Source: Candidatus Saccharimonadota bacterium (lineage in GTDB: Archaea; Nanohalarchaeota; Nanosalinia; Nanosalinales; Nanosalinaceae). From it: a stretch of DNA of 32,000 bases. Of the stretch, positions 1 to 12,200 are shown piece by piece. The notes under the pieces were generated by a model, which searched no databases, had not been told where the DNA came from, and saw nothing but the letters and a program-made list of their open reading frames with translations. The position numbers were made by a program, and so were the translations under genes. The first letter of the stretch is position 1. Each line of letters opens with the position of its first letter. Location of the stretch: contig CP012986.1 in the NCBI GenBank assembly GCA_001761425.1, positions 420,001 to 452,000 of the forward strand. Direction: 5' to 3'.

Positions 1-253
1 TCCTGGCTTCTCCTGATTCTTTCGGTTCGACTGTGATTTCTTCCTGTACGTCTATGATAGATTGGAGGTCTTCATCGGGCTGTATTGTGTAGGTGGTGGT
101 CTGGTTGCCTGTGTTTCTGATATCGGCAGTGTATATCTGGGTATCTCCTTTGAAGATCACGCTCAGTGATGGTATGTCGCTGTTGACGCTGAGGCCTGCA
201 CCTGAGCTTGCAAGCAGTAGTAAGAGGCCTGTGATCACTATTTTCTTTTTCAT
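1..253 (-). CDS. Secreted protein, 5' part only (84 codons, continues beyond window start)
   Basis: Manual reverse translation from ATG at 253..251 gives MKKKIVITGLLLLLASSGAGLSVNSDIPSLSVIFKGDTQIYTADIRNTGNQTTTYTIQPDEDLQSIIDVQEEITVEPKESGEAR. The basic n-region plus hydrophobic core is a Sec-type signal peptide. The mature part resembles the CARDB/NEW3-type beta-sandwich segments in the membrane-proximal part of the giant protein. The start overlaps the giant-gene stop as ATGA. It is absent from the ORF track because it is open at the window edge. Confidence 0.75.
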   Translation of the reverse strand, partial: MKKKIVITGLLLLLASSGAGLSVNSDIPSLSVIFKGDTQIYTADIRNTGNQTTTYTIQPDEDLQSIIDVQEEITVEPKESGEAR

Positions 254-3200
254 TTTATATCCATCTCGTCTTTGAGGCTGTCGATGTACATGTTTGCCAT
301 TTTGAATCTTCCTTCCTTGAGTTTGTTCTCCGCGAGCTGAAGTTCTAGGTCTTTGTCCCTTGTGTCCTGTCCCTGTTCTTCTCTTCTCTTGAGTTCCTGT
401 TTGAGTTTGTCAACTTCTTCTGAGAGGTTGTGGTATTTTTCCATTTCTTCGTCTGGTATTTTGTGTGGGTTGTGGTATGTAGGCCTGAAATCTACGAACC
501 ATGGCTCTCCGTCGTTGTAGTTTGAGTTCTGGATCATTCCTGTTCCTACGTCTTCGCTTGAGATTCTCTTGGCGAATTCCTGGCCGTATTTTTTCTCTAC
601 ACGGTTTATGTCTTCCATGGATTTGGTTTGCATCTGTATTTCTGTCATGATGTTTCCGGAGATTGCTTGTTTGAAGTCTGCTGTGACTTGTGATGCCATC
701 ATTAGGCCTATGCCCCATTTTCTGAATTCTCTTGCTCCTTTTTCGAGTGCTTCGTATCCTCCTTGTCCTCCGTATTCTTCTAGGAGTCTGTGGACTTCGT
801 CGAATACGATTAGCATCTCTAGGTCTGGGCTTTCTTCCCATTCTTTGTCGAAGATTTGATCGATTATGTTTCTTACTGCTCCGTCGAATTCTTCTGTCGT
901 TAACTGGTTTAGTGTGAATACTGTGATTTCTCCGTCGTTCTGAAGGTCTTCGAAGTTGATTTCAGGGTTTTCTGAGCTGATTTCCTTGATGACGCCTCTG
1001 TATGGATGTGCGTCTTCCTGTGCGTCCATTTCGAACCTGTCGTAGTGTTTCTCCAGGTCATCGTCCTTGAGTTCTTTCACGAATCCTGTCCACTGTGCTG
1101 TTGGGTCGAAGACGATGACCGGTACATCATTTTCTAGAGCTTCCTCTGCGATGACGTTGGCTGTTACAGATTTACCTGATCCTGTGGATCCTGACACGAT
1201 TGCGTGTGTTGTGAGGTCGCTTGGATCGATGAATGCATCTTTCTCTGTCTCTGCGATCTTTCCGACCCAGTAGTTGTCTTCTTCCTCCGGTGGAAGCCTG
1301 TCGTAGTCCACTGGGAAGACATAGCGTGCCTCTTCCTCCTTCCTGATCCAGTAGTACTGGTAGCCTTTCCAGCCGACGATACTGATCAGGATTACAGCAA
1401 GTATCAGGATCGTTGCCCTGGTCTTGAACGGGGTCCAGAACCTTTCCTCGATTACTACCGTTGCCGAATCAACTACTGTCTGGTTCTTAGCGTCCGCCAC
1501 CGTTTGAATGTAATAGCTGCCTGAAGGGATCTCCTGTGTTGAAAGCTCTCTCTGCATGGAAGTGGCTTCTTCTATACTGACAGAATCATTCAGTTCTCTT
1601 ATCACCTTGTCAGTATCGCTCTCCCTGAAGTAATGTGTGAAGTTTATCTCTACAGGAGTTTCCATAGTGATCTGGCTCACACGGGTTTCAAAGCTGAAGT
1701 TAGAGCCAGGCTCTACATTCTTCGTAAGTGACTTCACGTTTAGATCGAAGCCATCTATACCTTCTCTAGCCACAAGGATCGACTGCGAACTGTTCACGGT
1801 GGTATTGCCGTACTCGGCTACAATCTGGCCTGAATACGTCTTGATCTCTGCATCTTCAGGGATAACAGCCCTTAACTGGGTTATAACTGTCGAGTTAGCC
1901 GACACATTGATTTCAGTGTTATCAGGTCCAAGGAGCTCACTTATCTCGCCTTGGATCGACATATCAAGTTCTATACTTTCCTCCCTGTTGTTATCTATCT
2001 CAAGCAGGAAAGTTCTCTCCTCGCCACGGAACATGATAGGCCTGAAAATCCTTGGTGAGAGAACAAACGGCTCGGTAGCTATGTCTGACTTGTTCTCCTG
2101 CTCGGACTGGTTGCTGTCCTGACCGGTATTTGGAAGGCCTCCGCCTGTTGAGCCGCCGTTTTCATCCTGCTGTTCTTCGCCTCCTTGCTGATTCTGGTTG
2201 TTATCTCCATTGTTTCCGCCGTCATTGTTTTGAGGTGTGTAGAGTCTTTCAACGATGTAGGAGGAGGTACTGTTGGTTGAGGCCTGAACAACGTTTTCGC
2301 TCATGTTTACGGAGGAATTGAGCTGGTTCCATTCTGAGGTACTGCAGTTGCTGACATCGTCGTATTTACACTTGAATATCCTGAGGTTGTCCTCTTCTTC
2401 CTCGTCGAAGTCTTCGGTCTTCGAGTAGTTGAGCTGTACAGAGGCCTCTCCGAAGCTCATGTTGCTGTCGATGGAGACTCCTGTGAACGATCTGTTTGTA
2501 GTATCTTCCGGATGCTCAAACTCAACTGATTCTCCTGAGTCTACAGGCGAGACATTGACAGGATCAGATATGTCGTCTTCGACACTCGAGTTCACGAATT
2601 CGATATTGTGCACTGGCTCGTTTGTCTCCTCAGGCCTGTCAGGCTGAACATCCATGTTCACATCGTAACTCCTGTTCTGAACTTCTAGATCGTATTCTTC
2701 GCCGGTCGATTCCTCGATCAAGGTAGTATTTGATGAAGGCCTCTCGAACTTGAAATCAGTGTTCACACCGTCCATAGAGCCGGTGAAGTTTACGAATGGA
2801 GCAACAGATACAGGCAATTTTACCTCTCTTACATTGCCGTTTACATCCTGTAGGCCGACGACTACATCGTAGTCTCCGTCCCTGCCTGTTTCAGTCAGGT
2901 TTCCTGTGTAGAGGCCTTCACTCTGTTTGTTCATTGAAATGTTTTCTACTTCTGTGTCGTTCTCGAGGTAGATTCCTGTGGCGGAGACATTGTTGATTCC
3001 GACGTTGTCAGCGGCTTTTACACTGAGACTGGCGTTTTCTCCCTGGTTGACATTGTCGCCGTTTTTCGAAACTATGAACGGAGCTGTGACATCTCTGTAC
3101 TTGAGGCCTTTCCTGTCTTTGATCTCCAGGTTGTCTTTGAGGGCTGTAAGCTCGTAGCTTACGTTAACAGGGTTTTGATCGATGCCTGGTGCTTCACAGT

Positions 3201-6200
3201 TGATCTTCCAGAGGCCTGAACTGTTTGTGTAGGTGGAGTTCGTGTTTGAGCAGGTTTTTCCTTCAATTGAGGCCTTCCATTCTGAATCGTTGATCTGCCG
3301 TGTGTTGTTGTATGTGATGTTGGCGTAGGCCTGTACTGTGTCTCCTGCGGTGATGTTTTTCTTTCCGTTCTCTGCTGTGATGTTTTTGATATCCATTACG
3401 ATGTTTCTGACGTTAAGTGTTGTGTTCAGAGTCTCCAGTTTCTCGTTTTCTGGGTTGAAGAACGTTACTGTGCTGTTGTAGGTTCCTGGATCTGAACTGT
3501 TGAATCCTAGTTCTATATTTTTTAGTTCCTGTGTCTCTACGGTGCTTGCGGAGACAGTGATATTTTTCTGTATATCGAGTAGATCTGAGTTTTGTCCCTC
3601 GTAGATCTGGAGGAATAGTTCGCTTGTTTTGTTGTTGCTTACTGTGGCTGTATCGAATGTTCCGTAGGTTTCAGCTGCGACTGTTGTGTTGATGTACTCT
3701 GGGCTTATTGAGAAGTTCGTGGAGTTCGCTTCTCCGTCTGGGGAGATTTCCTCTCTATCGGTATTACCTCCGAGATCTTCTCCTGCTACGCTCTTTCTGC
3801 CTCTGCCTGTGTTAACGTTTAGGGTCTTGAATCTGTATTCTGAGCTTAGGTTGTAGAATCTGGACTGCTCTATACCAAGTTTGAAGTCGTAGGCTCCTGC
3901 TTCAGGTGGGAAGAAGCTCAAGTTAGCGCCTCCGTTTTCTCCTGTGTCAACGGAAGTCAGTTTGTTGACTTCGTCGAGGCCTACAAGCGTAGAGACGTTC
4001 TCTCCGGTTCTGTTGTGTTTGAAAGTCCATTCTATTTCTCCGACGTTTGAACCACATCTCTTCCTGTATTCGGAGATATTGTACTGTTTAAGCTCCCAGA
4101 GGTCTGTTGAACTGTATTTTTCAGTGTAGCTACAGGCCTGGGAGCTGTTTATCTCATCGTTGAAGCTTAAGTTGAACGGTAGTTCGCTCTGGGTCCAGAA
4201 GCTGACCAGTTCTGCTTCATCGAATGTTTTTGTATCTCCGCTGAATGCTTCGTAAGGCCTTCTGATCTTCACTGTATCGTTTACTGTCATGTTCGTGATG
4301 TTGGCAAGTAATGCGTTTCCGCCGAATACTCCTGATGTTCTGTTGCCTTCTACTTTGTCATCGAATCCTGGTTTTTCGCCGACGTATGTGCCGTTTGCCA
4401 GGCATGATCCGCTTTCGACACAGCTTTCATAGTCGTTGTTTACTGGAGCGGTCTCGAAACCTGTCTCTCTGTCCTCGTTACCTGATCCGAGAAGCTCACG
4501 GCTCATAAGCTCCTTCCTGTCTTCAAGGTCGGTATCTTTAACCACGATGCTCTCAACTGTGATTTCTCCGGAAGTGTTTACTCTGAGGCCTTTTACCGGT
4601 CCGTCTTTGAATTCTACTTCTTTCTCTGCGGATTGTTCTGTCGCTATGTTGTTCCAGCTTCCGTTTCTTCTGTAGGAGAGGTTCCAGCTTCCAGAGCTGT
4701 TTGTTTTGATCAGGAGTTTCTCTCTGTCTTCTAGGGATGTGTTGGTTTCTGCAAGGCTTTCATTTATTTCAAGGCCTTGTTCAGTGCTGTTGATTGTTCC
4801 GTTTGTTGTCCATTCTTCCGTGCTGAGGTTGATACTGTAATCTGGTTTTTTCTGTCCGTATCCCAGGTTGAAGCTGTAGTCATTGATCCCTCTGTCGGTG
4901 AAGGCCTCCCGTATTCTCGGTGTGATCTCTATGCCTGTGCTGTTGGAGAAGTTGAAGGCCTGTGTTTCCTCCGTCTGGTTCCAGAATGGTTCTATACCTG
5001 TTCTTATCTCGAGTTGTTTTTCTGTGTAGTTTGAGTCGAAGTAGTTGTCTGCTGAGGCTTTTACCGAGATGTTTTCGAGGCCTATTTCTGTACTGTTTTC
5101 TGGGTTCCAGGTGACTTTGCATTCTCCTGTTGTCTCTGTGTTGTTTGTCTGGCATTTTCCGATGCTTCTGTCCTTGAACTTGAAGTAGGCGGTCGCGTTC
5201 TCTACTGAGAGGCCTCTGTTTGTTACTTTTGCTGTTATCTCTGTATCTGTTGGTTCGCTGAGGTTGTCTCTGTATATTGTTTTGTCGCTGATATCTGTTA
5301 TCTCTGTGTTCAGTGTTCCGCCTACAAACACATTGTTCGTGATATTTGTGTTTGTATTATTGTAGTAGAGTGTCGAGTTGTCCTTGATCTCGGCTTTTAT
5401 CGTGTAGTCTCCGATAGTGGTGTTCTCTGTGTTCCAGGAGACGTTGTACCATCCATCAGGTCCTGTGGTATCGTTTCTCCAGGCCTCTGTGCTGTTGTCC
5501 TCGTATTTCCTGTAAAGCTGTACAGGGTAATCTTCTATACCTGTGGAGGTATTTTTATCCGCTACTCTGAGTGTCAGGTTGACGATGTCATCTTTGGAGT
5601 ATCTTCCGGAACCGTTGAAGCTGAGTTCGCTCCATCCGTAGATCGTCAGGTTGTTCCTGGCTCTGTCAGGTGTGTATTCTCCTTTCTCAGCTGTAGTGTT
5701 CAACTGGTAAGGGCCTAGGCCTAGTCCGTCGGTGTTCCAGAGGCCTTTCTCTCCTGTGCCGTTTGGATCTACTGTCTGGCCGTTGTGTATCCATTTGATT
5801 GTTGCTGATGTTTCGTTGTATGCATCTTTGACTCGCGCAAGTAGCTCCTGTTCGCCGTATCTGTGGACGATTTCTTCAGGTTTCTGTACTGAGATGTTTA
5901 GCTTCTCCGTCAGTTCCACATCTGACTGCTCCTCTGAGTTCTTTACTGGGAGGTACCATGTTCCTGTTCTGTTTTCTGTGATATCTGTCTTTAGGGTGTG
6001 GGTTCCGACATAGTCTTCATAATCTGTATGCCATTTTATCGAGCATGTGCCTTTTGTATCTGTAAGACTTGAGTTGATGAAGTCTCCTTCGTCGTAGAGG
6101 TTACAGCTGTAATCACTTACTTTACTGTTGTTTCTAGTGTTTACTACCTCTGCCTCCGCTGTTACAGTCGAGTTTTTCCTTTCTGTAGTTGAAGGCGTTA

Positions 6201-9200
6201 CCTGGTTGATGTTTATGTCGACAGGATCGTATACCTCAACGATTTTACTGTCGGATGTTTCTACACCTTCACTGTCTTCTGTACTGACGTTCAATCTGTG
6301 GATTCCTGTACTGATACTTTTTACTTCCCAGGAATCTTCTTTACCGCTTCCTATGTTGCTGTATCCGCTTGAAGTATTGATCGACCAGTTAACAGTGTTT
6401 GGAGTAACTTCTGTGCCGTTTTCGTCAGTTATTGTCGCACTTAGATCCTGTATCGATCCTCTTACTAGGTCTGTATCGTTTTCTCTGATGAGGCCTTCTC
6501 TAGGTTTTCTTATATCGACTGAGAAACCTCCTTTTATCTCGACTATGCTTTCACTTGTTGTGAAGTTATCGAAGTACTGGTTCTTGGAGGCCTTTGATCT
6601 GATCGTGGCGTTGACGGGGTTGGAGACATCTGTGTTCCATGTGATGCTACACTGGCCGCTGCTGTTTGTCTCACATGTCCTTGTTGTTTCAAAGTTTCCT
6701 GTGACGTTTGTGATCAGGTCTACTGTTGCGTTCTCGACTCTGTCTCCGTCTAGATCTGTTACCGTGTAGTTTAAGCTTACGTTGTGATCTGGCTGTTCGT
6801 CGTACCAGTACATATCTCTGTCATCGATTTCTCTGTCCACGCTGAGGCTATCGTTCAGTGTTATCTCGATGCTTTCCTGGCTGTCCGTTGCATTGATGTT
6901 TTCTGATTCTTTATCCTGTATCTTCGCGGTCAGGTTGTGAGGACCTAGTTCCTCGTTTCCTGCGTCCCATTCGAGCTCTGCGAGTTCATTTCCTCCTGTA
7001 GAGACGTTTCCTATCTTTGTACCGTTATCATACAGGGCGACATGGTATTCTTCGAAGGCCTTTTTGTTGCTGTCCAGGATATCTCTAACCTCGGATTGTA
7101 GGTTGAGGAGGCCTCTGTATCTCTGACCGGAGTTGTTCAGAAGTTCTACATCTGCTTTCTTGAATACGTTTACATCGACTATCTTAGCGTCCTGACAGTC
7201 TTCGCCTCCACAGTTTGTATTGTCTTGAGCTGTCGCTGTGAACTCTGCTATAAATCTGCCTGAGTTCTCTATACCATTTGTCTCGAGTGTAGTGTACCCT
7301 GTAGATCCTTTCGGAACGTTGAATCCTTCTCCGTCTACGTAGTAATAGTTTTCGTTAAGTAGGTCACTACCGTTGATGGGGCTTTTGGTCCTGGAGATTT
7401 CCACGTTTTCAAGGTCATAGTTACCAAAGCTGTAGATATCGAATTCTGCAAGCTCTGTGCTTTCACCCCACCAGATATCGGTTCTTTCAAGGCCTCCGGT
7501 CTCCTTAAGTACAGGGTTCTTTTTGACCTCGAGATCAAGGGTGTCAGATATCTCTTCTTCAGAGTAATCAGGGTTCACCCATTCCCCGAATTCAGAGACT
7601 CTTCTTGTACCCGGTGAGGCCTTGGAACTGATGTTTACAGATATTGTGGTACTGCAGCTTGAACCGTTTTTGATTTCTCCACAGCTGTAATCTGAGCTGT
7701 TCGTGACTATTCCTTGTTGTGCTAGGGCCTGTTGAATCGTTGTGTTGTAGGATGTAGCAAGGCCTGTATTTTCGAAGGTTACGTTGACATCTGTTTTACC
7801 TGTGTAGTTCTGTGTGATGTTGTTGAACTCTGTTCTGGATGCGTTCATCTCCAGTTTTCCTTCTGTCTTGCCTATGGCTTTGAAGACTTTCCCGAAGCTT
7901 TCTGTCCGGCTTTCCTGTGTACCGTCGGTCGCTGAAACTGTGATATTGTAGTATCCGCTGTTTTCAGGAGTATAATCCGTTGCATAGATGCCTCCTGTCT
8001 GGTTACCGGAGTTAGGTTGCACCAGGTTGAGGTCTGTAAATGTCTCACCAGTGTTTTCTATTGTAAGTTCTGTCTCTGCGATTTCGTTTGTATCAGTTAC
8101 GTTCACTCTGATCTGTGTTGATTCTCTGTTCTGCTCAGGCCTTGTTTCAGAGGCTGTCGCGAATGGGATCTTTGGAGGCTGTGCTGTAATGGCTAGTCTG
8201 TAGGTTGTGTTAGCTGTGTTGTCCGCCTGGTCTGTTACTTTTGAGATGAACGTGTAGGTTCCGTTCGTGGCGTTGAAGTACACAGGCCTTTCAACCAGTC
8301 TGTAGGAGGATTCGTTGTACTGAGGTATTTCCGTAACGTTTCCTGCAGGTCCTTCGTATGATTCGTTTGTTGCGTAAAGTGTTGTAGATAGATCAGTTTG
8401 GTCTGTCGTGTTCTTGAGCCTCCAATCCAGGTACCATTCTCCTAGGGCAGCGTCCGGATTGCCGTCACTGGCGTTCAAAGCATCAAGAGTACCAACATCT
8501 GGCTTGCTGTTGTCTATCTCAAGGCTGTAACCTGTCTCGTTTGTCCATCCTGCCTGGTCTGTCGCAGTTGCCTCGATATCACAGACGGTTTCTTCTGTGC
8601 ATCCGAGGTCTCCGGCCTGATCAACTCTGTACCAGATCGAACTTTTGGTACTGTTCATAGGTTCGCCGTTTATTTTTACGCTGGAAAGATTGTACCTGTC
8701 ACTGGCGTTGACTGTAAAGTTCAACGTGTGATCGCTTCTGACTACATCGTTCGTGGAGTTGGATGTCAGGTTCAGAATTGAGGGCCTGTCGTAATCAACA
8801 GTGTATTCAGCTTCGCTGTTTTTGTCAGTGTTGCCTGCCTGGTCAACAGCGGTGACGTTCACAAAGCTGTCATTATCTATCTCCACTACGCCTTCCCAGA
8901 CACTTTCCGGGTTGGCTCCTGAATTGTCGGTTTCTAGATGGCTGAGACTGTCGTTTTCGGCCGTCAACTCGGTTATTGAAGTTTCAGTATCATCTATCAG
9001 GGTAAGGTTGACTTCAAGATCAGAACTTGGCTTGACAACTCTATCGCTGTCGTTTATAGAGACATCAGTTATTTCAGGGTCTACATCATCGATAGTGACC
9101 TCGACAGAATTGTTTTCGTAGTTATCAGCCTTGTCCTCCGCTGTAACTGTCAGACCACAAACTTCTCTGTTCGCTTCAGTCACACACCCAAGTTCTCCTG

Positions 9201-12200
9201 GAGTTCTATTAATCTCATAAGTATCTCCTTCAGTGTTCTCCATCTGGATCTGCTCATTTGTTTCTTTTTCCCAGATTGTCACGTTTCTGAGGTAATCATC
9301 CGTCACCGTCAGGTTAAACCTTAGAGGCCTGTCACTTCTACTTACGCCGTATGTTGCGTTAGAAGTGAAGCTGTATGTTTCAGGTGCTTTATCATCTATT
9401 GCATATTCAGTGCTGTTTTCTTTCCCGATGTTCCCTGCTTTGTCTACTGCGGTTACGTTGACGACTTCATCATTGTCTACCTCTATCTCATTTGTCCAGA
9501 GTGAGCCGTTCCATGAAAGGCCTTTATCTTCTGCTGTGACCTCTGCCAGTGTTTTGTCGCTTTCTCCGCTAACGTTTATTTTGGCTTTGACTGTGCTGTT
9601 GGACTGGATGATGCTGTCATTGATTTCTACAGAGTTGACATCAGGTTTGACATCGTCTATGTTAAGCTGGTATTCTACAGTTTCGTTGTTACCTGGTACG
9701 TCTTCAGCGTAGAACGTGAGGTTGCAGACAAATTCTCCTCCTGAGCTACATCCTAGGCCTGAAGGTGTATCTGTCAGTGAGTAGAGGGAACTTCTGTTGT
9801 TCATCTTGTTTTCTTCAAGTTCGACTGATTCAAGTCTCAGATCCTTTACCTCTGCTGTGAAATTCAGTAGGGAATCGCTGTTACTGACGTTGTAACTGGC
9901 GTTCGCACCGTAGCTTGTGAATTCCGGAGGTGTATCATCTGTCTCTACTCTGATACTTTCCGAGTCATTGACGTTACCTGCCTGATCAACAGCATCCACA
10001 GTAAAGTCCGAGGAGTTATAGACTGGAACAGCACAGCTGTAAGCCGACCCTGAACTTTCCTCCATACTGCATTTGGCCTCACTGCTGTTCCTCAAGGTGA
10101 CTGAGTCGATATTGGCATCGCTTACATCTGCCGTGAAATTCACTTTGTCACCAGACCTGATGATCGAGGCGTTCGTCGAGATATTGCCTACTTCAGGCCT
10201 CACATCGTCGATAGTCAGGTCAAGGCTCTGTGTCCTAGCGTTACCAGCTTCGTCGATTGACTCGGCTGTCAAGGTACAAGTTGAATCAGCTACGCCCTCA
10301 GAACAGCTCAGGTTAGCTGGTGAATCGACTAACTCCCATGGAGAGCCTTTGGAAAGTTTCGAACCTTCTATCCTGACGTTTTCAAGATGCTCGTCACTCG
10401 TTGAGACATTGAATTGGAGAGGATTATCTGACCTTGTAACTCCGAAGGACGCGTTTGAAACGAATTCTGAGATCGAAGGCCTTTTATCGTCAATCGTGTA
10501 ACCTGTCGAATCATTGTAGGCAAAGTTGTCTGCGGAGTCTATCGCTGTGACGTTGACAGGGTTCTGTGTCGAGTTATCAACATTGATAACTCCTGTGTAG
10601 TAGTTACCGAAGTCATTCGTAAGGTTCACGCTGTTTGCATTAGCCCATCCAAGCGAACGCTCATCTATAGTCGTGTTGACCTCGATATCAGTATTGGACT
10701 GGACCACAGTATCGTTCAGATCCACTCTCTTGATGGAAGGCGCTGTATTATCGACAGTCAGGTTATAGTAATCAAACTCGATGTTATCCGCTTTATCAAC
10801 AGCTTTCGCCGTAAGATTGTACTCTTCCTCAACAAGACCAAGATCTTCAGGCCTGGTCTCCAAGTACCAGGTACTACCGGAACCGTTAACCATCTCGGCG
10901 TAACCGTCCGTACTTCTGTTCTCAAGCTTAACCGATCTCAGATAGGTATCAGAGGACTCAACCTCGAACCTGACAGTATCGTCACCTCTCGAGAAATTAT
11001 TTGAGGCATTGGAACCAAGGCCTGAAATTGAAGGCCTTTTATCATCAATAGTATAGGTCAGGTTCTCATAGCTCTCAGTGTTCCCGGCAAGGTCTGTCAC
11101 AGTCAGGTTTACATCTCCGTCTCCCACAGGGATGACACCAGACCAGTTGTAATTATTCTGAGAAAGGTCCTCTCCATCCGCAGTCACCTGATCAACCTCG
11201 TAATCATCCTCCGCAATAGCCCAGACCTCAAGACTCTGGTTAGACTGTACAATAGTATCGTTAAGGCTTGAATCTGTGATATTCGGTGAAACACGGTCAA
11301 GGAATACGTACTCTGAAAGATCGAATTCCAAAGCATTATTTTCTAAAGTATCTTCTGAATAAACCTTGAAGGAGTAATTCCCGGCCTCAAATCCGGAAGG
11401 ATCCCAGGAAGCGGAACACTCCAGGATCGAACCGGTGTAAGAACAGGCCTCATCAATATCAGCCTCAAACCCGCTCTCAGACACATTGATCAACGTAAAG
11501 TTCGTAGCCGAAGCATTCAGACTATCGTCATCCACAGTACCTGAAAATCCTGCTACCTGGTTCCCATTCGTAATCGAAATATTCGAATCAAGGCCTGAGA
11601 TAGAAGGATCCGTATTATCTACAAAGAACTGGTAGGTATTTTGCTCTGGATTTCCTTCGGTATCGGAGGCCTCCACGCTTAAGTCTGTCAGACCGTCGTT
11701 TAATTTTGAGGTGTCGACTGGTGCAGTCGAGAAGCTGTGATTGGAGTTCTCGGTGAGATCTGAAAGGCTGCCTCCGTCTATACTGTATTTGTAGCTTGAT
11801 GGATTATCGTTCAGAAGCTCGTCTATTATACTTATGTTGAAGATCTTTGAACCATCTAGACGGCCGTTTTGAATGTTCTTTGTTTCTACTGAGATGCTTT
11901 CCACAGCTTCAGGTAAGTTGAGCCCTGATACCTGGTACTCCCCTGTGTATCTATTATTAGATTTCTCGTACATGTTTCTGATTTCTGATGAGCTCATTGC
12001 TTCGTTGTAGACTTTTACCTCATCATAGGAGCCAGGAACGTATCCTCTGCCGTCCGGACATCCTTCATTTGTAGCTCCGCCGATCTTTAGGGCGTCTGCA
12101 GAGTGTTCGATAGGACCAGGATCCTTGTAATTATAATCTATAAGTTCTCCATCTCTGTAGAATGCCATCTTTCCTGTACTTTCCTCATAGGTAAATGTGT

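Noticed and set aside
93-275. 60-aa plus-strand ORF at the left edge
   Set aside because: It is antisense to the hand-translated secreted-protein gene (1..253) and to the end of the giant gene. The minus-strand reading has a clean signal peptide and an ATGA coupling, which is far more convincing.
8490-11632. The Ig-like array as a collapsed or artefactual assembly repeat, or as a recent tandem DNA duplication
   Set aside because: The units are diverged at the protein level, with roughly a third of positions shared by eye. They differ in length, and only short linker stretches retain DNA similarity. That is not expected for assembly collapse or for very recent duplication. Long reads would still be a prudent check.
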